Shown here one piece after another: positions 26,301 to 38,741 of a stretch of 64,000 nucleotides of DNA. Location: NCBI GenBank assembly GCA_002633005.1, contig NMRA01000081.1, positions 561,625 to 625,624 of the forward strand. Reading direction: 5' to 3'. The position numbers and the translations under genes were made by a program. The notes under the pieces were generated by a model. That model worked only from the letters and a program-made list of their open reading frames with translations. It had not been told where the DNA came from and did not search any database. Each line of letters opens with the position of its first letter. Within the stretch, counting starts at the first letter, position 1. The stretch comes from Phoronis australis. Taxonomy: Eukaryota; Animalia; Phoronida.

Positions 26301-29300
26301 ACTAAAATAATGCAACTCTTGAGTGAAGCAACAGTTGTTCATTGTTCATTTTGTTAGAAGAGGGTATTTTGTGATGCAAGAATTGCAATTCATCCAGGTT
26401 CCATAAACTACCAGCTGCACTTCACCATATCGTAAGTGGAGATCAGTAGAAAAATCAGTGAATACAGTGAACTAGGATACCTTTTATTGCCCAAAATCAG
26501 TGATTAAAGAGAAAAAGGATGCCCCTCATTGCCCAAACATAGTGACCATAATGAAATGAAGTACCCTTCATTGACCAAAAATCATTCAGTATAGGGAAAA
26601 AAGATTAAGTTGCATTGCCCAAAATCAGTCAATTGTGTGAAAGAAGAATACCTCTCATTGCCCAAAATCAGTGAATATAGTGAAAAAAATGTACTTCTCA
26701 TTGCCTAAAATCAGTGAATATAGTGACGAAGGATACCCTCATTGTCCAAAATCAGTAAATATAGTAAAAAAGACACGTCTCATTATCCAAAATTAATGAT
26801 TATAGTGAAAAAATATACACTGAGCGCCCCAAAATCAGTGACTAAAGTGACAAAAGGATCTTCTCATCATTGCCTCAAATCGGTGACTATAGGGGAAAAG
26901 GGAATCTTTCATTGCCCAGAAATCTGTGAATATACTGAAAGAGGTACCTCTCGTCGCATTGCTCAAAAAACAGTGACTATAGTGAAAAGGGGCAGTTCCC
27001 ATTGCCCAAAATCAGTGAATATTGTGAAAAAAGGATATCCTTCATAGCCCAAAATCAGTAAATATAGTGAAAGCAGGGACGTCTCATTATCCAAAACGAG
27101 TGATTATAGTGAAAAAAGATGCCCTTAATGCCCTAAATCAATGAATATAGTGAAATGAAAAAGATGCCCAAAATCAGTGAATATAGTGAAAAAAGATACG
27201 TCTCATTGCCCAAAGTCAATGATTATAGTGAAAAAAGGTACCCTCAATGCCCTAAATCAATGAATATAGTGAAGTGAAAACAGGTACTTCACATTGCCCA
27301 AAATCAATGAATATAGTGAAAGAAGAGTACCTCTCATTGCCCAAAATCAGTGAGGCAAACAGTTCAGAGAGAATGATATCAAGAAACCAAGTACAAAATG
27401 GACAATATAGATCAAGTCGCTGGTTAAAGCGCGCTGTGAGTACGAGATCGAAATTGAAATGTCAAATTACCAATCAAATTAATGAACTTCGGAGAATATC
27501 TAATTTTTAACAACTTTTTAGTGAACATAAAGTCACAGAGGTGGTGAAGCAACTCGGTTGGACTCAGTGAATTCATTCTCAATGGTCGTATGCCTGCTGA
27601 TGCACAACTCCCTCAGGATAAAAACTTCGTTTTATCTTCGTTTTCACAGGATCTTTGACATTATATACACCTCGTTGACTCAATATTATGGTGACTCAGT
27701 GAATGAAAGGACTGAGGGTACATATGGAACTGCTCTATGCCTATCGCCGGGAGATTCGATTTAAGTGGCAGCCCTGTAATCTTTGACCTCGGATAAGAAG
27801 TAAACAAAATTTCCATGCTGTTGAAGGTGCTTGTTCTTAATCTTTTTTCTTGTCAAATCTTTTTTCTCACTAAATTGTATATATTTCGTATTTGAAGTTT
27901 ACCACGAATGAAGATAAAGTATTTTTCTAGAACAATGTGAAGTACTGTAAAAACATCCAATTTTGTGAATAAGGTTTGAGATATACATAAACATGAGTAC
28001 CAATGAAGATTAATGAGTTAAGCCCCCCGTTAGATACCTACGTGTGCAGTGAGGCCAGGGAAATTTTTCACCAGGTGGCGCACCCCACTCCCCATTGGCC
28101 GTACAGAAGTAATGAATCGCTGGCTTCCTTACAAAGTCATAACCCTTGTTGCATGAAACTGAACAGAAAAGTAAGAATGGTGGCACACCATTACGCACGC
28201 ACGTGCTACTCCCATGGATAGGGGCTTTTACTTCAGGACACTTCTTGGCTATTGAAATGAAAAGAAATATATGTGAGTGAATGTTAATGTCACGATTCAA
28301 CAATACAAAAGTATGCTAGCCAATAGTACATGAAATTCATGGTTTCATTCAAAGCAAATGAAAACCAACTCAGTTCTGTTTTCAATTTAAAGTAATCTTG
28401 TATGTTTGAAGTTATATATAGCACTAGGTAATTACAATGTTGAAAACAGCCTACTTCAGAGTAAAATAAAATAAAAGTGACAGAAGCAGTTTTATGCCAA
28501 AAATAAAACTTATCAGTACAATTTCGACCCAGGCACATGACTAGATTTTTTGTCACCATTGCAAAATTAAATACAAGAGCAACGTGGAGCGTTGATTTGT
28601 GCCCACGACTGCACCACAAATGGTGTGCTTCTAGGGGTGTTTATTTGTATCATAAAAAGGCCATTAGATGGCACACAATACATTGAACACAAATTGGAAA
28701 GTAATGTCTTCTCTCAAAATTATTTGCCAAATTTCTTGAAAATCTGTCAAAGAACTCTAAAATACAAAGGCAAAAATTAAAATAAACTTTCATTAGGAAC
28801 CGCAGCAGTAGTCAAATCCGCCCATCTACTGTCAAGTTAATAGGAATACAATTGCCAATTTTCAAAAACATTTTGCAAGGGGTTTAGGAGATACAGATGC
28901 AAAAAAATGACACCAGAGGGCACCAGTTCTTGGACCCCTTTGAAAATCCAAAATCAGTTATTCTCTTGTCAGTAGGAACACATCTGCCAATTCTCATAAT
29001 GATCATTTGCCTGGATTGGCAGATACAACTGAAGAAGAAGACAAAAAAAACAACTAAGAATAATTAAAATGGACACCAGTTGGTGCAGAATACGTTGCAT
29101 CCATCATAAAAAAGGAAAGGTGCTTTTGTCTTCATAATAGAAATTTGTTTGCCAAATTTCATGAAAAAGCATGAAGGAACTCTGAAGTTACATTAGGCAA
29201 TTGCCACTAGGGAGCACTGCTGTTGATGGGTTGGTCTAAAACTCATGATCATCTGTTGCCATCTCTATAGGAACACATCTGCTAAATTTCAAAAAGATCT

Positions 29301-32300
29301 TACAATGGGTAAAGGAGGTACAGCCATAGGTGCCAGAGCAGTTGAACACACCCGAATATTAATGTCAGAATCAGTCTTTTCATAAGGAACACATCTCCAA
29401 ATTTTAATAATGATCCTTCAATTCGTTGGAAGGATGGAGAAGGTGACGTCAAAAATGTACTAAAAATCTTTAAATGGCCAAGTGGTGCAGAATATGTCAA
29501 ATCTGCCTGAAAGTGAAAAAGGGTCGTCGTCTCCTTAATAGAAACCTATTTGCAAAATTTCATGATAATAAAATTGGCTGCTATACGTCAAATCTATTCG
29601 ATAACAGGAAGCTGTCTACTCTTTATTAAATTTCATAAAAATCTGAGGAGTTTCAAAGATACAGAGGACAACAAAAAAGTAAAATTGCCACTAGGCGCGA
29701 ATAAGCGGTAGTCAGATCCATCCAAGTGTCATGGTTGTTCGTTGTCAACTTCAAATAAATACACTTGTCAAATTTAATAGATCCAGCAGAGGGTTTGCCG
29801 TAGATACAAAATAACTGCAACAAGGAGGTGCCACATTAGTCTGAGTCATCAGTCATCACCTTCACAGTAAAAATATAACACTAAATTGGAAAATCATCCT
29901 TAGAGCAGTTTGGTTGATAGAGAGGCAGATACCAAAAGCAGACTAGAAAACAGTAACAATGGCCACTACATGACACAAAATACATTGAATCTATCCGACA
30001 ACAGGAATATGTCGTTTTTTTAACAGAAAGCTATTTACCAAATTTCATAACACTCCCTTGAGAAACTTCAAAGAAACAGAAAAATGGAAAAAACTGAAAT
30101 TGCCACTAGGGCGCACAGTGTTCGTCGGATCTGTCCGAAACGTCGTCCACTGTCAACTTCATACAGATTACTTGCTAAATTTAAAAGATCCTGCAGAGAA
30201 TTTAGGAGATACAGCCATCTGCACCCTTCCTCTTCACAACCGCCCTTAGAGTGCTTTGGTTTATAGAGGGCCGAATGTCAAAAACAGACTTGAAAACACT
30301 TAAAAATGGACACTAGGTGGCACAAAATACCTCGAATCCATCCGAAAATGGAAGGATAGCATCATCTCCCAAATAGATCCACTAAATTTTATGAATATCC
30401 ATTGACGATCATAGAAGAGGTAAACGTAAAAGATGAAGTCACTACTAGGGGGCACACTGGTAGTCGGATCCGTCCCAAAGTTCATTCATGTCATCCCCTG
30501 CAAAATTTCGTGAGCATACATCACAGGGTTTTGGAGATAGAGCAGTGGATGCCGGATGCCAGATGGACGCCGATGGACGGACGGACGGGGATGACAGCAT
30601 AATACACCCCAATAATTATATGTGGGCGCATAAAAAGGATTCTGTCACTCGTCATTGTGTGAGACGGCATGTCCTATTACTTAAACACCAGTCAATATAG
30701 CTTGAAATCAATGGCGGTCACATGACACTCATTAAGTTGTATCTCAAACAAAAGTAAACCAGAATGACTATCATGAGACCAATCAGCATCAGGTTCCTTG
30801 GCACCCCTAACATATAAACATTTGGGTAACCCTAATCATTTGATCTGCTTCTCCAGTCATAATTTGTTCATCTACCCCTTTCCATAATGTTTCCTTGAGC
30901 TATTCTCACTAGTGGCCACAATTTTTTCAGCCCCTCCCTGGACTGTAACAACTTTTGAGGGGGCTAAAATAGCAGATCATTTGCTAACAAAAACATAAGG
31001 TTAATGTATTAACTATGAATTTGGAAAATCAGTCATGTTTGAAAGGTACAGCATTTCAAACTCCAATGCATTGCCCTTTCATCATACACACAATTCAATC
31101 GGCAATACAGAACAGTTTTTGGTAGAGTAAACTATATTTTCAAATGATCTGTGTATAGTGTAAACTCACCTCTGACATTGACAGAAAATCTACAAACAAC
31201 GTTTGTGAACATCAAAGCTCGGCAGATGACATTATGATCGCCAACCGTGAACTTTGACCCACTGTCACGCGAGCACTCATACTGCAACGTGGAATTTGAT
31301 TGGTCGAGAAAAATTGGCTCCTCCCATGAGACAGCTATAGAACTGGTAACTACATCAACAACGACCTGACTGACAGGACAGTGCTCTACCCTGGCAGTGG
31401 CAACTATAACACAAGAAAAACAAGAGAACATTTAGAGACAAGTTAACATCAACAGAACCAAACAGTATTACAGTCAGTATAGACACATTAACATCAACAG
31501 AACCAAACAGTATTACAGTTAGTATAGACACATCACCCAATTGTAGCAGATTTCGACTTCGCAGGTCAAGTTTTTGGTAAAAATAATTTTTGTACATATA
31601 TATGTTTATTTGTTTTTAATTTCTAGTAAATTAATAATCTTATATTTTTGCTATTTGCTTATAACTAAGTGTGTAGCAAGAGCAACACGGAGCGTTGAAA
31701 TGCGCCCACAAATGCACCGCAAAAGTGTGCTTCTGGGGGTGTTTATAAATGGCCAATAGATGGCGCAAAACACGTCAAATCCATCCGAAAACTGTTATAT
31801 GTCATCAAAGCTATTTACCAAATTTCGTACAAACCCATCAAGGAACTTCTGAGAAACTGAAGAAAACGAAAAAAAATGAAATTGCCACTAGGAGGGCATG
31901 GGCGCAAAAACTATAACTGCCACTAGGAGACGCCACAGTAGTTGAAGTCGTCGGAAAGTCATCGTCAACCACACTAAGAACATATATGCCAATTTTCACA
32001 ATCATCCTTAGAGTGGGAGAGGTTTGCTTGATAGAGGGGCGGTTGCCAGAATAGACTAAAAACAGAAAAAATGGCCCCTGGATGGCACAAAATATGTAGA
32101 AACCATCTGAAAACAGGAACATGTCATCGCTTCAATAGAAAGCTATTTACCAAATTTCATAAACATCATATAAAAAGCTTCATAGAAACAGAGGAACATG
32201 GAAAAAATGAAATTGCCACTAGGGAGCCCACTTTTGGCCAGATCTGTCAAAATTGTCGAGTTCATTGTCAACTACCCTTGCTAAACTTTTAATTAATAAA

Positions 32301-35300
32301 GTTCCTGCAGAGGGTTTTAAGTTAGGAGATACAGCCATGGGCATAAAAAATGCCACTAGGAGGTGCCACAGTAATCAAGGTCATCGGAAAATCATTGTCA
32401 GCCACTCTCTTCATATCAGGAACATACATGCCAATTTCCACAAACATCCTTAGACTGGTTTGGTTGACAGAAGGGCAGATGCCAAATAACTCAAAAACAG
32501 TAAAAATGGCCACTAGGTGGTGTAAAATACGTTGAGTCAATACAAAAACTGGAGGACAGTGTCACCCCACTAACAGATGCCTATCTGGCAAATTTTATGA
32601 AAATGCATTGGGAACCTTTTAAAGACCTGATTGCAAACTGCCCATGTGGTTCCAGTATCCGAAAATACTTACTACATAAAATCTTATTTTCGACATCTTT
32701 TTTTATATTCTTTTTACCTTTCTTGCCAAAAGCGATTTTTTAACCGTATTTGACCCTTCTTTTTGAGCGTATAATTACCGGCTTTCATCGGTTATTTCCG
32801 TACCCACATTTCCGGCTCATCAGTTCAGGAACTTGTCCTGAACGCCGCCATTTATTCCTTGTAACTGAATGTGTTATCGCTTGCTCGAAAAGTATTCATT
32901 ATTTTGTTTTATTAGTAATATCTCGTGATTAGTTTGCATATGTAGTGTATCTATAGTTTGTAGTTCGAGGTCGTTGAATTTTTTGGAATGTTACGCGTAC
33001 TTATTATGTTAAAATAGCATTGGTGTTTAGTTCCTTACGTAGGCTGGTCGAACCTAGGAATCAATATGGGTCGAACCAATTTCATTTGTTTTGATTTTTT
33101 TTCTCGTTTTGAAAAAGTACTTTGCTATCATTGGAAAGTTAGTGCATTCTACTCAGAAAAAATCGAAAAAGTATCAAAATAGGGGCAAGCAGGGTAAAGA
33201 TATTGCAATTTTTGTGGCGAAATTTGGGTGACTTTGTTTGGATCGCGTCGGCCATATTGGAGGACAGCGGGATAACTTACGATTTTAAAACTTTGTGTAA
33301 ATTGTTTTCGCCAACAAATTACGGTGAAATTTAGTTAGACATATCTTTACTTACTATTCGGCACGATTTAACAGAGTTTACCAAATTTCAGCCTCGCAGT
33401 TGTTACTCATTAAGTGATAAATGTGCTCACAATTCCCGTTGGACTTCGTCTCATTTCTGGCAGCCCGACAACTCGGCGACTTTTGCTGAACTGAAAGGCA
33501 TGTTTAATCGGCTACTTTGTAATTTGTGAAGATTTAACGTTGATACATTTTGACAAACGTTGCTACAAAAAAGGAACTTTGTTCAATTTTCGTGTTTTTT
33601 GTGCAAAAATATAAGATATATTTGAATTATTTTACTGTGAAGTTCCCATTCAGGTGATCTTACACTAAGCTAAAAAAAATAGTTGAAATAATTTTGAAAT
33701 GGTTTTTTGTTTGACTGTCAGCTGCTGTTCAAGGCTTGATTCGGTGTCACAAAATGATTCATATTTTTCTAAATTTTAAGTCAATTGCTTTCAAGTCGTG
33801 TTTTGTAACTTATTGCTTCTTAAGTCAGGTTATCAAGTCAACAATATGAATAATCTTAATTTGGGAAATAAGCTATGTTGGATTGTGAAACTTCAAGCCT
33901 CCTTGCAACTTCATATTTTTTAAATTCTGGTGTAAGGAAACACTATTCGGTCACCATGGTAATAGTTACATGTAAGTCCACTTTCATAACATGGAATCTT
34001 TTGCTGTTGCATGCGCGCACCCATTTGGCGAAGAGGGCAAAAAGGTCCGCCCCCGAGAGACAAAAAGCCCGAGAAAATGGGACATAAGTCCACTAAAGAA
34101 GTGCAAATGCTCAATTTACAGTGGTGCTCCCGTTTTTTTTTTAGTCCGCCCACTCTTTTTTTTAGCAAAAGCCCCACATCGCCGGGAATTCGAGCCCCCC
34201 ATATTGAAGGCTGGGTGCGTGCATGTGTTGAATAGTGTTTGTAATGCTAAATGTTGTAAAGTATTGTACATTTTAAGTTACTTATTATGTTAAAAGTTTG
34301 AACCATTTTGGGTTAATGAATAAAAATGATAACATTTTGTATTGGACTTGTCATACTTATGTGCACGAACGAGCCCCCTATTTGGAGAAATGGAAAAAGG
34401 TCTGCCGCAGTCAGAGAAGCACGAATTCCGAAAAATGTATAAAATAAGACAATATTCCACTAGAAGACAGGAAGTACCAAAATTTAGCGTCAACAATTCA
34501 TAGCTCTGAACACACCCAGTGAATCTTATAGTAAAAGATAGACATTCCCAAAAATTCCAGCCCCCCATTCTTTTAGGCTTGGTGCGCTCATACAAAGTCT
34601 GGGCAAATCTCTATTGAAAGCCAACAACTTTGCACAGTTCGCCAGAAGTACCCACGTTCTAAATAAACCTTGTTTGAGCGAGCGCTGTGGCCAGCGACCA
34701 GTTAGTCCTAAGGGTAGCCTTGGCGCAAAGCTGTATAGGCCTACATGTACTAACAAGCTGTATTTTGACGATAGTCTTCACTGGTAGCTGGCATTGAGGC
34801 TAGCTAAGGTCTGCCGCGGCAGTGTGACACAGGACTAACCAGCCTGTAATTTCATGCAAGTGTCTGAAACTATCTTTGAATATATGCGGCATTTATGATT
34901 TGAACATTTTACTTCGACAAAACAGCTCGCAACCGCATGCATTTACCGTTCGCCAGTGTCTGGTCTCGATTGGCACCGGGTCCGATACGCTGCGGTCCCG
35001 AGTCTAGCAAAATAATTTCTGTCAAAATTTATTCGCTTCATTTCTTCAGCAAATTCGATAAAGTTGTCTGTATTTTGATTTTATTAAAATTAAGGCGCGC
35101 TGTCGATTATTTTATCCCCGTTTGCAAGCTGGTAACAGGCACTCGTCCATTTACACTGACGGCGTTTTCTTAGCCTGGGTTCCTGAATGAATTGTACTTC
35201 CGGGTTCGCGGCAAGTTCAAAATGGTGGTGGTTCTTCGGGTGCGAATCGTGAGTGGCGCGTTCATTTAAACTTTTTTCGAGTACGAATTATGTATTAGTT

Positions 35301-38300
35301 ATGGGGTAGGTACTTCTTGGATCCTTATAACATCCTCTAACCATGTAATAAGGGTTAACAATGCGTGCGACCAGGTCTTTAAGATACAGAGGTACACGTA
35401 AAAAATTGCCACTAGTGGGCATACCGGTAGACCGATCCATCCGAAAGTCGTCATCTGTTGTCAACTTCATATAAATCACTTGCAAAATTTAATATAGAAC
35501 CTGTAGAGCATTCAGAAGATACAGCCATGGGCGCAAAAACAAACAAAACTGCCACTAGGAGGTGCCACAGTAGTCAAAGTTGTCGGAAAATAATCATCAG
35601 CCGCTCTCTTCAAAGTAAGAGCATGTATGCCAATTTTCACAATCATAAGAGTGGTTTGGTTGACAGATTGGCCGATGCCAAAACACAGACTAAAAAACAG
35701 TAAAAATGGCCACTGGGTGGAACAAAGTACTTCCAATCCGAAAACAGGAAGATAGCATCATTTCACTTATATAGATGCCTAACGGGCAAATTTTATGAAA
35801 ATCCATTGAGGACCTCCGAAGACACAGAGGTAAACATAAAGTACTAACATTGTCACTAGGGGACACACCAGTAGTCGAAGAGGTCCGAAATTTACTGTCA
35901 TCCGTCGTCAGCTCCGTAGGAACACGTCTGACAAATCTCGTCGAGATAGAAAGGAGGTTTAGGAGATACAGCTGTGGACGCCAGACGCCCAGATAGAGAT
36001 GACGGCAATATGCACCTCATATAAATATGAGGGCGCATAACAAAACTAGGTAAATAATCTGATTTGAATTTGCGTATTTTTGGCTGATCTTGCGTACTGG
36101 TGAACTAAAAGCCAAATTTCTGTGCAAATCTGCATTTTGCATATGGTAAACAGCTTTGTTGCAGCTAGCCATAAAAATGCAAGCAAACACAATAGTTACT
36201 CACCATATACTCTCACATTCTGTGTACAGGCATCCGTGTTTTGCCATGCATCAATGGCAATATAAGTCACCAGGTGGAGTCCTACATAAAATTTATTGTC
36301 TTTGTAGTTGAGAATTTTAAAAGACACATTGCCGGAGTTGTCGCTGACAAGAGGGGTCAGTCTGTCAGTGTGTATGATTGCATAGTCCAAACCTCGATCC
36401 GCCTCTATCTCAATTGCTGAAGGACATGTTATACTGGGTTTCTGATTGTCTGGAAAACAGCAGATTACAGTGCAGTAGTATGTTTTCACTAAGAGACATT
36501 TAGTTTGCACAAATCGTGAAAGTAGATTAATGGTGTGCATTGATGATTTTTGTACCATCCTCAGTGATTTGCTCTTGAATGTCAACTCAAAACACATTAA
36601 GGACTTAACACTTCCCCCTGAAACAATATGTACACAATAAACCATAGCAGAACCTCTCTATTCTACTGTACCTTGTTGGTTATCAGTATAGGCCATTAAG
36701 TAATTATAGGTCTTCGCTTTCAAGACATGAAACTTTTGTCAATAAAAAGCGCAATAATTTGTCATTTTTAGCCCACTAAAGCAGCACTCAATACAACTTT
36801 ACGCAAAACCAACCTTCGCAGAATGGCTGCTGTCCAGTCCATCTGTTGTTGTATCCACACGTTCGTTCAAAGTCGCCGTGACGAACAAAGCCCCATGCAC
36901 ACGTGAACGAACAAGACGTTAAAAATGACTGCTTACTGGTGCTGCAGCCTGATGGTGAGACTGTCAGGAATGGCTCCACAGGCAGAGGAAGACACCGAAT
37001 CTCTGTTAAAAAGGATTTAAAATAACAATATCGAACCCAAAACAGGTTGGAAGCAACAATCTCAGCGGCCACAGTCCAATACACGTTTGTAGAGCTGAAA
37101 GTAGTCTAGTATTTAAAGCGTACTTCACTGGTAAATGGCCTCCATTTGAGTCAAATCTACTGAATGACTCCAAGCCACGGTAGAAAATAATGATTTCTAG
37201 TAAAGTTAGAAAGACAAAAAAGATTTACCTTTTTATTTAGCTATAGTCAAAGCTGATACCTACATGAAGTCTATCGTACCCAACAATAATTCCAAAAAAT
37301 ATGTTTTTCGGCGCTAAAACTCATTGTGTTCTGTCAAGGCCAAAAAATTTAAACATACAGCCAACTATAATTTTGAGCCCCCCTGCCCTCCCGCCTCAAG
37401 GATAGCATTGTATGAGAATGGATAACATCACATCTCTGTCTGTATCCATTTGCTAGCATTGTATGAGAATGGATAACATCACATCTCTGTCTGTATCCAT
37501 TTGCTAGCATTGTATGAGAATGGATAAAGAGAAAAAAGCATCAAGAACCATTTCAGCAGCTACTAGGTGACTTTGCCTTTTCCTAAAACATAAAAATCTA
37601 AAAAAACATCACATCTCTGTCTGTATCCATTTTTAAACAAAAACCATACCAGAAGCTAGTATTATACTGTCTTTGGCCTGGTACACAGCTCAAACAGCCA
37701 AGTTTTAATCTACAAATAACGATACTTTTCAAAATTCATTTACCACCTACTGCCTAAACTTTATCGCAATCATAGTAGCTACAATAAAATGATTTTTGAA
37801 TATTTATTTAAATTTTCCTTTAAAAAGTTCATTCCTTAAATGTACATAGTGAGATACCTCCTCTGGTCTTCCTTAACTGACTAACATCACAGCACAATCC
37901 CATCTGCTGAACTTCAAACAATGACTAATTATTAAAGCATCCAACACCAAGTTCTATAATGGAGTTTGATGTTCATAATTTTTAAACGCAACGCTTCAGA
38001 AATCATGTGAATTGTGAGCACTCTCAATGATTTCTGCTATCAGACATTTCATCGAAATCTTGAGTATATTCCAGACTGAGATCTGAAGTTGAAAATATTC
38101 AGTTTTTATACAACATGGGAAATGCCATTTCAAATTTACTAAAAAAAACAATGACTAGCAATAAAGGAGCACACAGTGGCACACAAGCAGACATGAAGCA
38201 GCGTAAACAAATAATTGTAGTTTCATATTAAGTAAACAGCTCCGACTAGACCTTAGAAGCTCAGAGTAAGAATTAATGCTTTAATCGGGAAACATACACG

Positions 38301-38709
38301 TTGCTTACCTGAGCAGTAGACAGGAGTGCCTAACCACACCCCATTTTGTCCACACATTCTCTCTGTGTCGCCAAACGGACGGAAGCCAAAGTTACAGGTG
38401 ACATTAACGACTGACAGGTAAGACGTGGTGTTGTACAGGTACGTCACCTTACTGTTGGAGTCGGACTCGTGGATGTCTTCCAGCCGTTTACAGTCAATCA
38501 CTACGCACAAACACGTTTTTGAAGACACAAGGCAACGTTTTGGTCATTTTTATCAAGGTTATCTAAGATACTAGCAAAAATTCCAAATTTGGCTAACTTC
38601 GAAACATCATATCTCCGAAGTGGTCCGATCAGATTCAGAAGAAACTTCCAAGATACTATTCGTTAAGCACTGTTCTCCAAAAATAAAATTCAATCCTCTA
38701 TCAATAAAG

Positions 38710-38741
<32 letters not shown>

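Larger units (their letters stand above)
31675..36040. mobile_element. Second HINE-like element of the same family, interrupted by the Kolobok-type insertion
   Basis: Start GCAAGAGCAACACGGAGCGTTGAAATGCGCCCAC nearly identical to 28573; end hairpin ATGCACCTCATAT-AA-ATATGAGGGCGCAT. Confidence 0.72.

Noticed and set aside
26450-27352. CRISPR-like array or repeat-protein ORFs (26742-27047, 27274-27510)
   Set aside because: Contiguous degenerate tandem units with no unique spacers and no cas genes; unit length varies off-frame; eukaryotic intron.
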